55,247 nt of DNA, taken from contig JAUWNL010000003.1 of assembly GCA_030612665.1 (NCBI GenBank), positions 1 to 55,247 of the forward strand, given 5' to 3'. The notes under the pieces are model-generated. The model saw only the letters and a program-made list of their open reading frames with translations, was not told where the DNA came from and ran no database searches. Positions 29,408 to 39,100 of this stretch are shown here, in pieces (the stretch's first letter is position 1; the number at the start of each line of letters is the position of its first letter). The stretch comes from an archaeon. GTDB lineage: Archaea; Nanobdellota; Nanobdellia; Pacearchaeales; UBA284. Both the position numbers and the translations under genes were made by a program.

Positions 29408-29860
29408 TTAAAAACATTCCTGTTTATCTGCATCAAGAAATAATTGATTCATTCTCCGGCCGAAATTCCAATCTAACATTGCTAAATACATCTTATCTTC
29501 GGGGATATATTTTTCATATGGTAATCCAGACATCTTAGCAATTTCTTCCGATACAAAAAGTCCTGAAGTCAATTGAACTGGTTCTAAGAAACGGTCTATA
29601 AAACTTATTTTTCCATTAATTGGATGAATGAATACTTCTCCTCCAATTTTATTAATATACTCCCCCAAATGGTCATTATTAGAAAGAAGATGATATTTTA
29701 ATGGAATCCCAATTTGGAATAAACGTGGAGCATCTTTCCATTCTTTTTTAGGAAAAACAGTTATTGGACAATAGCATAAACTATCTCTTTCAATGATTTC
29801 TCTAAAAAGTGATTCAATTCTCGAAAAATCTTTTCTTAAATATATCTCAGATTCTTTCAT
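29408..29860 (-). CDS. Hypothetical protein
   Basis: 150-aa ORF, ATGA-coupled to upstream ORF. Confidence 0.6.
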   Translation of the reverse strand: MKESEIYLRKDFSRIESLFREIIERDSLCYCPITVFPKKEWKDAPRLFQIGIPLKYHLLSNNDHLGEYINKIGGEVFIHPINGKISFIDRFLEPVQLTSGLFVSEEIAKMSGLPYEKYIPEDKMYLAMLDWNFGRRMNQLFLDADKQECF

Positions 29861-30228
29861 TTTTTTCTCAATCTTTTTTCAACTTTAGTAACATAATTTT
29901 CTGATCCATTAAGCCCAGTATCTTCTGTATCTGGAAAATAACCTTCTCTTTTGAATTCAGCTTCTCTGAAATCAGGAAAATCTTCTAATAGTTTATAATA
30001 AATCTTATACATTTTGTCTTCAATTCTAGCTTTTTCTAGTGTTTCTTGATCAGTTTTTCCTAGACTAGCCACATGAATAATATATGCCATTAAATTACCA
30101 ACAATATGATGATAATGTGTGAATTTATCTGAAACTCCAAATCTTTTTGGAAATTCATTTATCATCTCACGCCAGTGCAGCTCTTTCTGTTTAAATTCCT
30201 CAATAATCTTTTCTAATCCAGTTACCAT
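29857..30228 (-). CDS. Hypothetical protein
   Basis: 123-aa ORF with TATA box upstream. Confidence 0.6.
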   Translation of the reverse strand: MVTGLEKIIEEFKQKELHWREMINEFPKRFGVSDKFTHYHHIVGNLMAYIIHVASLGKTDQETLEKARIEDKMYKIYYKLLEDFPDFREAEFKREGYFPDTEDTGLNGSENYVTKVEKRLRKK

Positions 30229-30258
30229 AGAAATTGTCCTAAGAATGATTTTATAAAC

Positions 30259-30309
30259 TTATTGTTTTACTTCAATCTTCTTAATTCCCATCTCCTTCAA
30301 CTGGGCTTT
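30259..30309 (-). pseudogene. Relic copy of cca 3' end (KAQLKEMGIKKIEVKQ*)
   Basis: Matches intact cca C-terminus KSQLKEMGIKEIKEVK* at 31725-31775. Confidence 0.85.
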
Positions 30310-30310
30310 C

Positions 30311-31522
30311 TTAAAGCAATAACCATTTCCAAACTGGTCGCACAATCAACTTTTTGCCCCCAACCAAGAACTCATCTTCTTGATTAAAAGTCAAAATTAA
30401 ACCCTCACTTAAACTAAACCTCTTTAAAGCATTTACTAATCCTTCTATTTCCCTGTCTTTATTTTCTTCAGTTAAATCAAAACAAACTTGAATTGCCCCA
30501 GTAATTTTATCTTTTTCTTTGACTACAAAATCACATTCATTTTTTTCCTGAAAATAAAAAATATTTTTGAATCTTCTTCTCAAGCCTAAGAAAACAGCAT
30601 TTTCTAGCATCTTTCCTTTATCCTTTGAGAAAGAAGCAGAATTTGCATAAGAGAAGCCATTATCAATTGAATAGACTTTTTTTGGATTTACTTGTTGCTG
30701 CTTGTATGAATAACTAAATCTTGGGATTGTGAATATTAAATAAGAATTCTCGAAATGAGATATATAATCAATAACACTCTGAACTGACTTGATTTTAAAC
30801 ATCTTCTTTATAGAATTATAAGAGAATTCTTTTCCTACATTGCTAATGAGATAAACTGCAATTTTGTTAAGTACATCTGTATTTTTTATGCCAAACCTGA
30901 CAGCAACATCTTTCATAACTACATCTGAAAGCAGCTCATGATTAATAGCAGGATCATCTTTTTTCAGATATTCTGGAAAACCTCCTTTGTTCAAATATTC
31001 CTCGAAAGATTCTGCTGACGGCCTCTTCTTTTTCATATCCAAAAATTCCCTATATGAAAATGGAAATAATTCTAACTGTAGGTGCCTGCCAGTCAGTTTT
31101 GTTCCGAGCTCAGTGCTTAACAGAGAGGCATTAGAACCTGTTATCAAGACTTTTTCCTTTTTGTCAATCAAATATCTTATGAATTTCTCCCATTTTTTAA
31201 TGTTCTGGATTTCATCAAAAAAATATATTCCTCCTTCACCATATAACTCTTTCATTATCTGCTCGGCTTTGTTAAAATCAGAAAGCTCAAAATCCCCCAA
31301 TCTGGGGTCTTCAAGATTGAGATAGCAGCCTCTTTTCTGTTTTTTTAAAATCTGGTGGAGAAAAGTGCTTTTTCCACATCTCCTTATTCCTGTAATCAAA
31401 AGAGCAAAGGAGTCCCTAATTTTAATGTCTTTTATTTTCTCTCTCAAAATGCCAAGATCTAATCTGTTTAAAGACTCTCTTTGCGCAAGTATTACTTCTT
31501 TAAGCATGTCACGTGTTATCAT
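30311..31522 (-). CDS. AAA_14 / DUF4143 ATP-binding protein
   Basis: GIRRCGKS, FFDEIQ, ITGSNA, LTGR, GGFPE, ENAVF, ECDFV...IQVC. Confidence 0.92.
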   Translation of the reverse strand: MITRDMLKEVILAQRESLNRLDLGILREKIKDIKIRDSFALLITGIRRCGKSTFLHQILKKQKRGCYLNLEDPRLGDFELSDFNKAEQIMKELYGEGGIYFFDEIQNIKKWEKFIRYLIDKKEKVLITGSNASLLSTELGTKLTGRHLQLELFPFSYREFLDMKKKRPSAESFEEYLNKGGFPEYLKKDDPAINHELLSDVVMKDVAVRFGIKNTDVLNKIAVYLISNVGKEFSYNSIKKMFKIKSVQSVIDYISHFENSYLIFTIPRFSYSYKQQQVNPKKVYSIDNGFSYANSASFSKDKGKMLENAVFLGLRRRFKNIFYFQEKNECDFVVKEKDKITGAIQVCFDLTEENKDREIEGLVNALKRFSLSEGLILTFNQEDEFLVGGKKLIVRPVWKWLLL

Positions 31523-31553
31523 AGGATTATAGTGTTCATAAGATATATAAATC

Positions 31554-31595
31554 TTTCTATTAGCAGTAGAAACTATTTTCTATTTAGAATAGAAA
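31554..31595. promoter_or_regulatory. Two TTTCTA-N7-TAGAAA palindromic boxes upstream of the ATPase
   Basis: 31554-31572 and 31577-31595, adjacent to the TATA-like element. Confidence 0.55.
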
Positions 31596-31724
31596 CTTTA
31601 ATCTCCAGAGAAAATTTAGAGCTGAAGTGATTGAAGTGACAGAGTTGTAAGAGAAGTTCGCGCCATTTTCCAACAGCTTATAAGAAAGTCAATTAAATCA
31701 ATCTTCTTCTTTCTCTCACCTATC

Positions 31725-32984
31725 TTACTTCACTTCTTTTATCTCCTTTATCCCCATTTCTTTGAGCTGACTTTTGGGAATTCTCCTAATGAGTTTTTTC
31801 ATATCAAAAATCTTTCTCTGTGCTTTAGCATATAATCTCTTGTTCTTTACAAAGGTTTTTTTCCATGTTTTTTTGAATTTCTTAATATGTTTTTCAGGGA
31901 TATTCAATGGAGGCCCAGCAATAACATAATTTTTTTCTGGTTCTTTGTAAATAAAATAAAATTTTGCTTCTAGATTTTTCTCAGAAAATCCAAAAATACT
32001 TCTTATAACTTTAAAACCATTTTTTTTAAGAATAAATTGCAGATATTCATAGAATTTCCTTGTTTTGCTACCAGCAACATCAACTTTCTTTTTTAATGTA
32101 GTAACTTGAATTGTCACAAATTTTGCTTTGTTTCTCTTTGTTTCTTTCTTTAATGCTTCAATGTTTATTTCATGTTTAAAAAAATATGATTCTGAAGATC
32201 TTTTCAAGTATTTTTTGGCGACTTTAATAAATTTTTCAAGTGTCTTAAAACTAAGAGCAGCTGCAGCATTCCTATCTTTCTGAACAGGATCAATAAGAAT
32301 GATTGGTGAATGAAGTTTTGCTTTGTTTAATGAATGCATTACTTGTGCTTTGCTTGAATAATATTTCTTAGGATCAATAACTATTTTTTCTTTTCCATTC
32401 CATTTTGTCATTGCTCTTAGGAACTTCATGAATGAGCCATAATAACAAACAAGAACTTCAAGAACATAACCACTAAATCCGCGGATGTAGGATTCAGCTC
32501 CATAACAATCAGCACTATAGCTAAATGCCTTGGCAAGCCTAATTTCATCAGCAAGTTTCTTATTCTTTTTTATCTTACTTAGAATATAAGTGACATGAAG
32601 AGGCGAGACATCAGTAATATTTACTGCTTCTTCTGCTTTCTTGATTTTAAGTATTGGAACTAATTCAATTGTAATTTTATTGATTTTGACTTGAAAATAA
32701 TCCCTAGAACCATGAAGTCTTATTGCCTTGATTTTATGTTTTTTTAAAATCTTGCTTAGAAAATCAGCAAGTTTATGGCTCTGCTTAGCCATCTTATAAG
32801 GAAACATGACAAAAACATCCACATCATAACCTTTATCTCTCTTGACAAGAGTTTTCTTGGCATAACTTCCTCCAATAAAAAGTTCTATTCCTCTGCCTTT
32901 AATCTTCATAACTCTGTTTAGAGCTTCTTTTATCTCATCAAGATCTTTTTTCTCAGGCCTTATTTTTTCAAATACTTTTTTCAT
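31725..32984 (-). CDS. cca: CCA-adding enzyme (archaeal class I)
   Basis: GGSYAKKT...DVDVF, DVSPLH, YGAESYIRGFSGY, IDPVQKDRNAAAAL. Confidence 0.93.
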   Translation of the reverse strand: MKKVFEKIRPEKKDLDEIKEALNRVMKIKGRGIELFIGGSYAKKTLVKRDKGYDVDVFVMFPYKMAKQSHKLADFLSKILKKHKIKAIRLHGSRDYFQVKINKITIELVPILKIKKAEEAVNITDVSPLHVTYILSKIKKNKKLADEIRLAKAFSYSADCYGAESYIRGFSGYVLEVLVCYYGSFMKFLRAMTKWNGKEKIVIDPKKYYSSKAQVMHSLNKAKLHSPIILIDPVQKDRNAAAALSFKTLEKFIKVAKKYLKRSSESYFFKHEINIEALKKETKRNKAKFVTIQVTTLKKKVDVAGSKTRKFYEYLQFILKKNGFKVIRSIFGFSEKNLEAKFYFIYKEPEKNYVIAGPPLNIPEKHIKKFKKTWKKTFVKNKRLYAKAQRKIFDMKKLIRRIPKSQLKEMGIKEIKEVK

Positions 32985-32986
32985 AC

Positions 32987-33400
32987 TTATTTCAACCCCT
33001 TTTTAATTATATAAATTAATTCCTTTATATCTTTTTCTAATTCTTCTGTAATTGAATGGAAAACAATTTCATCATCTATACTGCCATACTCATGAGCAAT
33101 TATATTTCTCATACTCTTTGCGTCTTTAAGTTTTTCTGTAAGTTCAGACGAAATTATTTTATTTTGTAAAAGAATATCAAATGCATGTAAATCACTTTCT
33201 GGAAGAGATAACCTTCTTTCTTTAATAAATAAAAATGTTAAATCAATTACTGCTTCTATAATTATTTCAGCATATCTCTCACATGCAGCTTTTGCCTTTA
33301 AATCGTGAATATATTCTTTTAGATTAATTGGTCTTATTTCATTAAGTTCAGATAAATATTTTTCTATATCTTTAATTTTATCTTTAATTCTTTCGTTCAT
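32987..33400 (-). CDS. HEPN/DUF86 (HepT-like) RNase toxin
   Basis: RNIIAHEY = RX4HXY motif; start MNERIK. Confidence 0.9.
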   Translation of the reverse strand: MNERIKDKIKDIEKYLSELNEIRPINLKEYIHDLKAKAACERYAEIIIEAVIDLTFLFIKERRLSLPESDLHAFDILLQNKIISSELTEKLKDAKSMRNIIAHEYGSIDDEIVFHSITEELEKDIKELIYIIKKGLK

Positions 33401-33890
33401 ATAAAACTTTCCCCTTATTATCAATTTCTTTTTTTATTTTATCTGGAAGAATATTATAAACCTGTATTTCTATTTTTTTGTTTACTTTTCTTAAAATATC
33501 TAATCTAAATTGCATAGCTTCTTTTTTTGTAATTTGAAAAAATTCTACTGCAAGGTCTATATCAGAAGATAAAGTTAACTGGCGTTCTACTATTGACCCA
33601 AACAAAATAATTCTTTTTATTCTTTTGAAATATTTGCTTTCTAGAATAACTTCTTTTGCTTCGGAAATCATCTCTTTGATTATTGCTCCATGTTTGAGTT
33701 GAAAATCCTTAACAAATGGTGCAAGTGCATTAATTGCTTCAAACTTTTTTCTTATATCTCGAGAAAGCCTTGTTTTTTCTGAAGCTTTCAAACTCACTCC
33801 AAGCAATTGCTTCTCAATAATCTTTAACTCTCTCTTTCCAAATATTTTCCTTAGATTTTCGTCCTTTTTAACAACACTTAATAAATTCAT
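33384..33890 (-). CDS. Minimal nucleotidyltransferase (MNT/MntA-like) antitoxin with N-terminal extension
   Basis: LFGSIVERQLTLSSDIDLAV = GSX10DXD; overlaps HEPN gene. Confidence 0.9.
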   Translation of the reverse strand: MNLLSVVKKDENLRKIFGKRELKIIEKQLLGVSLKASEKTRLSRDIRKKFEAINALAPFVKDFQLKHGAIIKEMISEAKEVILESKYFKRIKRIILFGSIVERQLTLSSDIDLAVEFFQITKKEAMQFRLDILRKVNKKIEIQVYNILPDKIKKEIDNKGKVLYERKN

Positions 33891-33895
33891 TTTAT

Positions 33896-33932
33896 TATCT
33901 CCATTGTGATAATAGTTATCAGCATAGCGATA
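33896..33932. promoter_or_regulatory. Two TATC-N8-GATA boxes, putative MNT-HEPN operator
   Basis: 33896-33911 and 33917-33932, between the TATA box and the start codon. Confidence 0.5.
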
Positions 33933-33939
33933 TATTTAA

Positions 33940-33999
33940 ATCTTTCTTTTCTGGCCTTATTTTTTCTAATACTTTTTTCATTTCAGTTTCTTTTCTCAT
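33940..33999 (-). pseudogene. Relic copy of cca 5' end (MRKETEMKKVLEKIRPEKKD)
   Basis: 38/42 nt identical to 32943-32984 (MKKVFEKIRPEKKD); retains GAGGT RBS at 34003-34007. Confidence 0.88.
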
Positions 34000-34111
34000 A
34001 TAACCTCAAAAGAATTGAAATTTAAAAAAGCTTGGTTATTCTCTTAATTATACTAACGAGTATATTGCCAAAAAATATTTAAGATAAGAATTTCTTTTAT
34101 TTTATATTAAA

Positions 34112-34897
34112 ATGACAAACTTTCATTTTGGTCCTGCTGGTCTCGGTGGTGTTAAAGAAGCAATTGGAAATCTTGAAAGATACAAGAAATTAGGTCTTGA
34201 TGCCTGTGAAATTGCTTTTACTTATCAAGTTTATATAAAGAAAAATTCTGATGCCAAAAAGATTGGCAAGGCTGCACAGAGGTTAGGAATAAAGCTTAGT
34301 ATTCATGCTCCTTATTATATTAACCTCGCAAGTAAAGAAAAGAAAAAGATTGAGGCAAGCAAAAGAAGAATTCTTGATTGTTGTGAGAAAGCTCATTGGC
34401 TTGGAGCAGATTATGTTGTGTTTCATGCAGCTTATTATAGTGGCAGGAATGAACAAGAAATTTATGAAATTGTCAAGAAAGAAATAATTGATATGCAGAA
34501 AATTATTAAACAGCGAAATTGGAAAGTGAAACTTTGTCCTGAAACAACTGGCAAGAAAAGCCAGTTTGGCTCGCTTGATGAATTGCTTAGACTTGCCAAA
34601 GAAACAGGATGCTTTTTTTGTGTTGATTTTGCTCATCTTCTTGCACGTGATGGAAAGATTAATTATGATTCAGTTTTTGGAAAGCTAAAAAATCTTGTGC
34701 ATATTCATTCTCATTTTTCTGGAATAGTTTATGGCAAGAAAGGTGAACAGAGACATGTTGTTACTGATAGTGAGAAACTTTTGCAATTGCTGAGATTTGC
34801 CAAGAAAAATCATGTCAAAGACATTACAATTATTAATGAAAGTCCTGATCCTGTTGGAGATTCAATTAAGGGCCTGAAGATGGCTTCTAAACTGTAA
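34112..34897 (+). CDS. nfo: Endonuclease IV-like TIM-barrel (AP endonuclease family 2)
   Basis: FGPAG, SIHAPYYINL, VFHAAY, PETTGKKSQFG, VDFAH, NESP. Confidence 0.88.
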   Translation: MTNFHFGPAGLGGVKEAIGNLERYKKLGLDACEIAFTYQVYIKKNSDAKKIGKAAQRLGIKLSIHAPYYINLASKEKKKIEASKRRILDCCEKAHWLGADYVVFHAAYYSGRNEQEIYEIVKKEIIDMQKIIKQRNWKVKLCPETTGKKSQFGSLDELLRLAKETGCFFCVDFAHLLARDGKINYDSVFGKLKNLVHIHSHFSGIVYGKKGEQRHVVTDSEKLLQLLRFAKKNHVKDITIINESPDPVGDSIKGLKMASKL

Positions 34898-35112
34898 TTT
34901 TTCTTTATTTTCCTTTTCCGACGCTATTTTTACAAGTTTTTCTTGATATTATTAGTTACCACTTGTGTTGGGTAACAAATAACCGAACAATAGAAAGCTT
35001 TATAAGGCATTATCACTTGAAAATAGCAACACATTTTTAGTTTACATGAACTCCATGCAGGCTAAAAAAATTATAAAAAATTAAATTAAACTAAAAAACA
35101 AAAAAACAAAAA

Positions 35113-36480
35113 ATGAAAAGCAAACTTGGTTTGTTTTTTGTCTTATTCACCGCTTTAGTAGCAGTATTTGCTGGCGCTATAACTGTATCAGCTCTTGAAC
35201 AAGTTGATATAAAAGAAATGACAGTTTATGTTGATGGTGAACTTACTTGGTATGGCTATTGTACATACAATGGCATAAGAATCGCTCCAAACCATGAACT
35301 TCCATATATTGATGGCGGACGTGGCTGGGAATGTGAAAGTATCCAGTATAGTATTCCATCAATTGAACGTGATGAAGTACTTCCTGTAAAGGTTGTATTC
35401 ACACCACAAGAAAGTCATGACGAAGTTGTTGTTAAGAGTTGGATAAATGGTTATAGAGAAGACATAGAAGATGAAACTGCAAGATTTGATATGTTTAAGG
35501 ATTACACCTACAACAAGTATCTTTATTTGGATATTCCTTCAGATATAGATGCTAAGGAACGTTACACTCTTTATGTAGAAATACATGATAGTGAAGTTTT
35601 CGAAGGTGTTTTCAAAGCACAAATTGATCTTCAGGTTCAAAAAATCTCAAATGTTCTTGATATAAAGTCTGTTGAATTTTATGCTGGTCGTGATATTTGC
35701 GGCTGTTATAAAGAACAGATAAGCAAGGGAATTTGTGGAGAATGCTATGTTGATTTCGAAGCTGGTTCAACCTTATATGCTGATGTTGTTGTAAAAAACA
35801 TGGGCAGTCAAACTCAAAAGGATGTTTACATCACAATGAGTGTAGCTGGCGAATGTATTGAAAGAACAGTTTATTTAGGAGATCTTAATGCAGGTGAGAC
35901 TGAAAAAGTCACACTTTACATTATATTGCCTGATCAAGCTGGAACTTATGAAATAGAAGTTGAAACTTTCAATGATGATGTTAGTGCAAAGATTGAACAA
36001 ACTCTTACTGTAGCTGAAAGTGAAGCAGATGTTAGCATTATACTTGAACAAACAAGAAATAATGTTGTACAAGGCGGAAGTGCTGTTTACAGTGTTTATG
36101 TTGCAAACACAGGTTCAGCTGAAACTTTCATAGTTTCAGTAGAAGGAACAAGTGGTTGGGCAACTGCTCAGGTTAACCCTGTAACTTTCACTCTTGGTGA
36201 AGGTCAGAGTAAACTTGTTAACATATATTTGAATGTAAACGAAGAAGCTCTTGCTGCTGAACATCAATTCACAGTTAAGGTATCTTACGGTGGAGAAGTA
36301 AAAAGCTATAATTTCAGTGCAAATGTTACTGAAACTCCAGGACTTGAACTTAAGTACTTACTTTTAATAATTGGTATAGTACTTGCAGTTGCTATTTTAG
36401 TATTGTTAATCTTACTTTTAACTAGTAAGAATGGCAAGTCTAGGATAGAAAAGCCTGAAGAAGAATATAGCTATTACTAA
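35113..36480 (+). CDS. Cell-surface Ig-like (CARDB-type) protein with C-terminal TM; S-layer-associated candidate
   Basis: Signal peptide; acidic beta-rich repeats (VVVKNMG, VANTG); C-terminal TM; long leader and poly-T terminator. Confidence 0.75.
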   Translation: MKSKLGLFFVLFTALVAVFAGAITVSALEQVDIKEMTVYVDGELTWYGYCTYNGIRIAPNHELPYIDGGRGWECESIQYSIPSIERDEVLPVKVVFTPQESHDEVVVKSWINGYREDIEDETARFDMFKDYTYNKYLYLDIPSDIDAKERYTLYVEIHDSEVFEGVFKAQIDLQVQKISNVLDIKSVEFYAGRDICGCYKEQISKGICGECYVDFEAGSTLYADVVVKNMGSQTQKDVYITMSVAGECIERTVYLGDLNAGETEKVTLYIILPDQAGTYEIEVETFNDDVSAKIEQTLTVAESEADVSIILEQTRNNVVQGGSAVYSVYVANTGSAETFIVSVEGTSGWATAQVNPVTFTLGEGQSKLVNIYLNVNEEALAAEHQFTVKVSYGGEVKSYNFSANVTETPGLELKYLLLIIGIVLAVAILVLLILLLTSKNGKSRIEKPEEEYSYY

Positions 36481-36510
36481 CAAGACAAGAACAACAAACA
36501 AAACAACCAG

Positions 36511-36584
36511 TTATTTTTTTCTTTTTTTTCTTTTTTAAATTTTTTTTCTTTTTTTCTTTATTTTTTATTTTCTTTATTTTTTTT
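36511..36584 (+). terminator. Oligo(dT) tract terminator
   Basis: Several T7-T8 runs directly downstream of 35113-36480. Confidence 0.5.
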
Positions 36585-36757
36585 ATCATGATTTTTCTAT
36601 AATCTCCCATATTTTCTCTTTATTTGAAAACAAAAGTATATTTTCTCTTATAATATTTAATTTATAATAATCTTTATATATGATTTTTTGTTATTTTTGC
36701 TATTGATTTTGCTATCGATTTACTATCGATATAGTGATAAAAAAGATAATAAGAAAA

Positions 36758-39088
36758 ATGACAAAAATACCAAAGAAATTTTTATTGGCGTCTGTGTTTC
36801 TATTGTTATTAATCCCAATTATTCCCCTCGTAGCAGCTGATTTTTCTATAGAAACAGAAATGACTACTAATTCTGTATGCCCAACCCATACAATTCTTAT
36901 ACAAGATATAGTAACTAGTACTGTGAATGCTCCATACAGTGTGACAATCACAGGTCCTGCTGCGTCATTCACAACTGCAGTGCCTCCAGGTTTTTATCTT
37001 GAAGCAGGCCAGAGCCAAACTGTTTTCTTATATATAACACCTCCAAGTAGCACCATGCCTAACACATATGAATTAATTGTTACTATTGAAAGCCAAGGCA
37101 CAAGCAAACAAGTAACTCATGATATTATTGTTGAAAATTGTCATAGTACGTCATTAACAGCCTCACCAAAGACAATTGAGATTTGTTCATGTGATGAAAC
37201 TGACGTTATTCTTACTCTTGAGAATCAGGGAGAGTATCTTGAAGAATATGAATTATCTGCTGAAGGTTTTGCAAGCAGCTGGATAACTCTATCTTCTGAT
37301 GAAATTGACTTGCTGCCTGATAGCAGCATAGATCTTACTGCACATATCCAAGTTCCTTGTGGAAAAGCAGGAGATTATGAAATCACTTTTAATGTTGAAT
37401 CAAAAAATTCTATAGCAGAAGCATCTGACAATGTTCTTATCAAAGTTTATCCTTGTTATGATTTTATTATTAGTACAGAAAAAACTCTTTATGAAGTATG
37501 TGAGAAAAATGATATAATAATTCCTGTTTCAATTAAAAATCTTGGAACTCAAGATAACACTTATAAAATAAATTTTGATGGTCCAAATTGGGCAAGTATT
37601 GATATGAAAGAAATCTCAATCAACAAAGGAGAATCAGACTCATTCAATATAAATGTAGCCCCACCATTAAGAACAACAGGTCAGTTCACACTCGAATTAG
37701 AAATAATGTCAATAAATGGCAAAGTCATAAAAAAAGAAGAAATCACAATTGATTCAATAAAATGTTATGATTTTTCTATAAGTATTGAAGAAGAACAAGA
37801 AATAATTTGTAATGGTCTTAGCACTACTTACGCTATTGATCTTAAAAACTATGGCAAGTTTGATGCAACATACTCCATAGTTCTTGAAGGACCTTCATGG
37901 GCAACTCTCAGCCAAGATGAAATTTTCTTAAATCCTAATGAAAAGAAATCACTAACACTTACTGTTGCACCCCCAGAAAATACTTTTGCTCAATCTTATG
38001 AAATAAAAATAAAAGCAACAGACCAAGAAACAAAGCTTAGTGGAGAAGATTCTTTGAGTGTTACAACAGCTACACAAAAACAATGTTATCAACCTTTCAT
38101 TACAACTGAAAAAGAAATCTTTGAAGTAGCACGAGACAATACTGCTACAGCATTATTTATAATTGAAAACAAAGGAACTCAAGAAGGAATTTATGATATT
38201 GTCGTTACTGGCACAGCCACACAATTCTCCCAGATAAATCCTGGAACTATTACAATAAAACCAGCAAAAGCTGAAAATCTTTATCTTTATATTGCTCCAT
38301 CTCCAGATGTGGATCTTGGAACTTACACTGCTACTATAACAGCAAGACTCAAAGATTCGACAATTCTCGCAACAAAAACAATCACAATTAATGTTATTGA
38401 AGGAAAAGAAACAGAACCAACAGTAACACCAGCTCTTGATCTCGGAAAAATATGGGGCAATATTATAAATTTCTTCAAAGGCATTTTCACATTTGAAAAA
38501 GAACCAGAAGATGAAGTTATAATAATTGGCGAAGGCGAAGCTGAAGCTGAAGCTGAAGCAGAAAGTGAAAGCGAGGCAGAAGCTGAAGCAGAAGGAGAAT
38601 CAGAAGGCGAGGGTGAACCAGTTACTGGAACTGCTCCTTATCTTGTTAAAGACATTCCAAACATTAAAATAGGAATTAATGAAGCTTATACTCTTGACCT
38701 TAATGAATATTTTGGAGACCCAGATGATGATGCTTTATTTTATACTGCAGTCAAGCCTATCAACATAACTCTTCAAATGGTTCAAAACGTTGTAACAATA
38801 AAACCAGAGAATGGTTTTGAAGGTGAAAGAATAATTATCTTTTATGCAAGTGATGGAGTAGATACAGTAACAAGCAATGACATTACAATAACTGTTGGTC
38901 AAGCAACTGAAAAAGAAGTTGCAATAGATTTTGCAAGAATCCTAAGTGATTATAAATATTATTTTATTGGCGCTGCAATTATTATTCTCATTATCATAAT
39001 TCTTTTAAGCGGACTTGGAGAGAAAATTGTTGATTTCTTTGAAGAAGAAGTTGAAGAAAAACCAAAGAATAACAATAAGAAAAAATAA
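36758..39088 (+). CDS. Large cell-surface protein with tandem Ig-like repeats, (EA/EG)n linker and C-terminal TM
   Basis: About 4 repeats with Cys pairs and LENQG/IKNLG/LKNYG/IENKG; DLNEYFGDPDDD Ca-binding-like module. Confidence 0.75.
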   Translation: MTKIPKKFLLASVFLLLLIPIIPLVAADFSIETEMTTNSVCPTHTILIQDIVTSTVNAPYSVTITGPAASFTTAVPPGFYLEAGQSQTVFLYITPPSSTMPNTYELIVTIESQGTSKQVTHDIIVENCHSTSLTASPKTIEICSCDETDVILTLENQGEYLEEYELSAEGFASSWITLSSDEIDLLPDSSIDLTAHIQVPCGKAGDYEITFNVESKNSIAEASDNVLIKVYPCYDFIISTEKTLYEVCEKNDIIIPVSIKNLGTQDNTYKINFDGPNWASIDMKEISINKGESDSFNINVAPPLRTTGQFTLELEIMSINGKVIKKEEITIDSIKCYDFSISIEEEQEIICNGLSTTYAIDLKNYGKFDATYSIVLEGPSWATLSQDEIFLNPNEKKSLTLTVAPPENTFAQSYEIKIKATDQETKLSGEDSLSVTTATQKQCYQPFITTEKEIFEVARDNTATALFIIENKGTQEGIYDIVVTGTATQFSQINPGTITIKPAKAENLYLYIAPSPDVDLGTYTATITARLKDSTILATKTITINVIEGKETEPTVTPALDLGKIWGNIINFFKGIFTFEKEPEDEVIIIGEGEAEAEAEAESESEAEAEAEGESEGEGEPVTGTAPYLVKDIPNIKIGINEAYTLDLNEYFGDPDDDALFYTAVKPINITLQMVQNVVTIKPENGFEGERIIIFYASDGVDTVTSNDITITVGQATEKEVAIDFARILSDYKYYFIGAAIIILIIIILLSGLGEKIVDFFEEEVEEKPKNNNKKK

Positions 39089-39100
39089 GTTTCTAGTATT

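Noticed and set aside
31604-31650. Plus-strand fragment KFRAEVIEVTEL* as another gene relic
   Set aside because: No matching parent gene found in the window.
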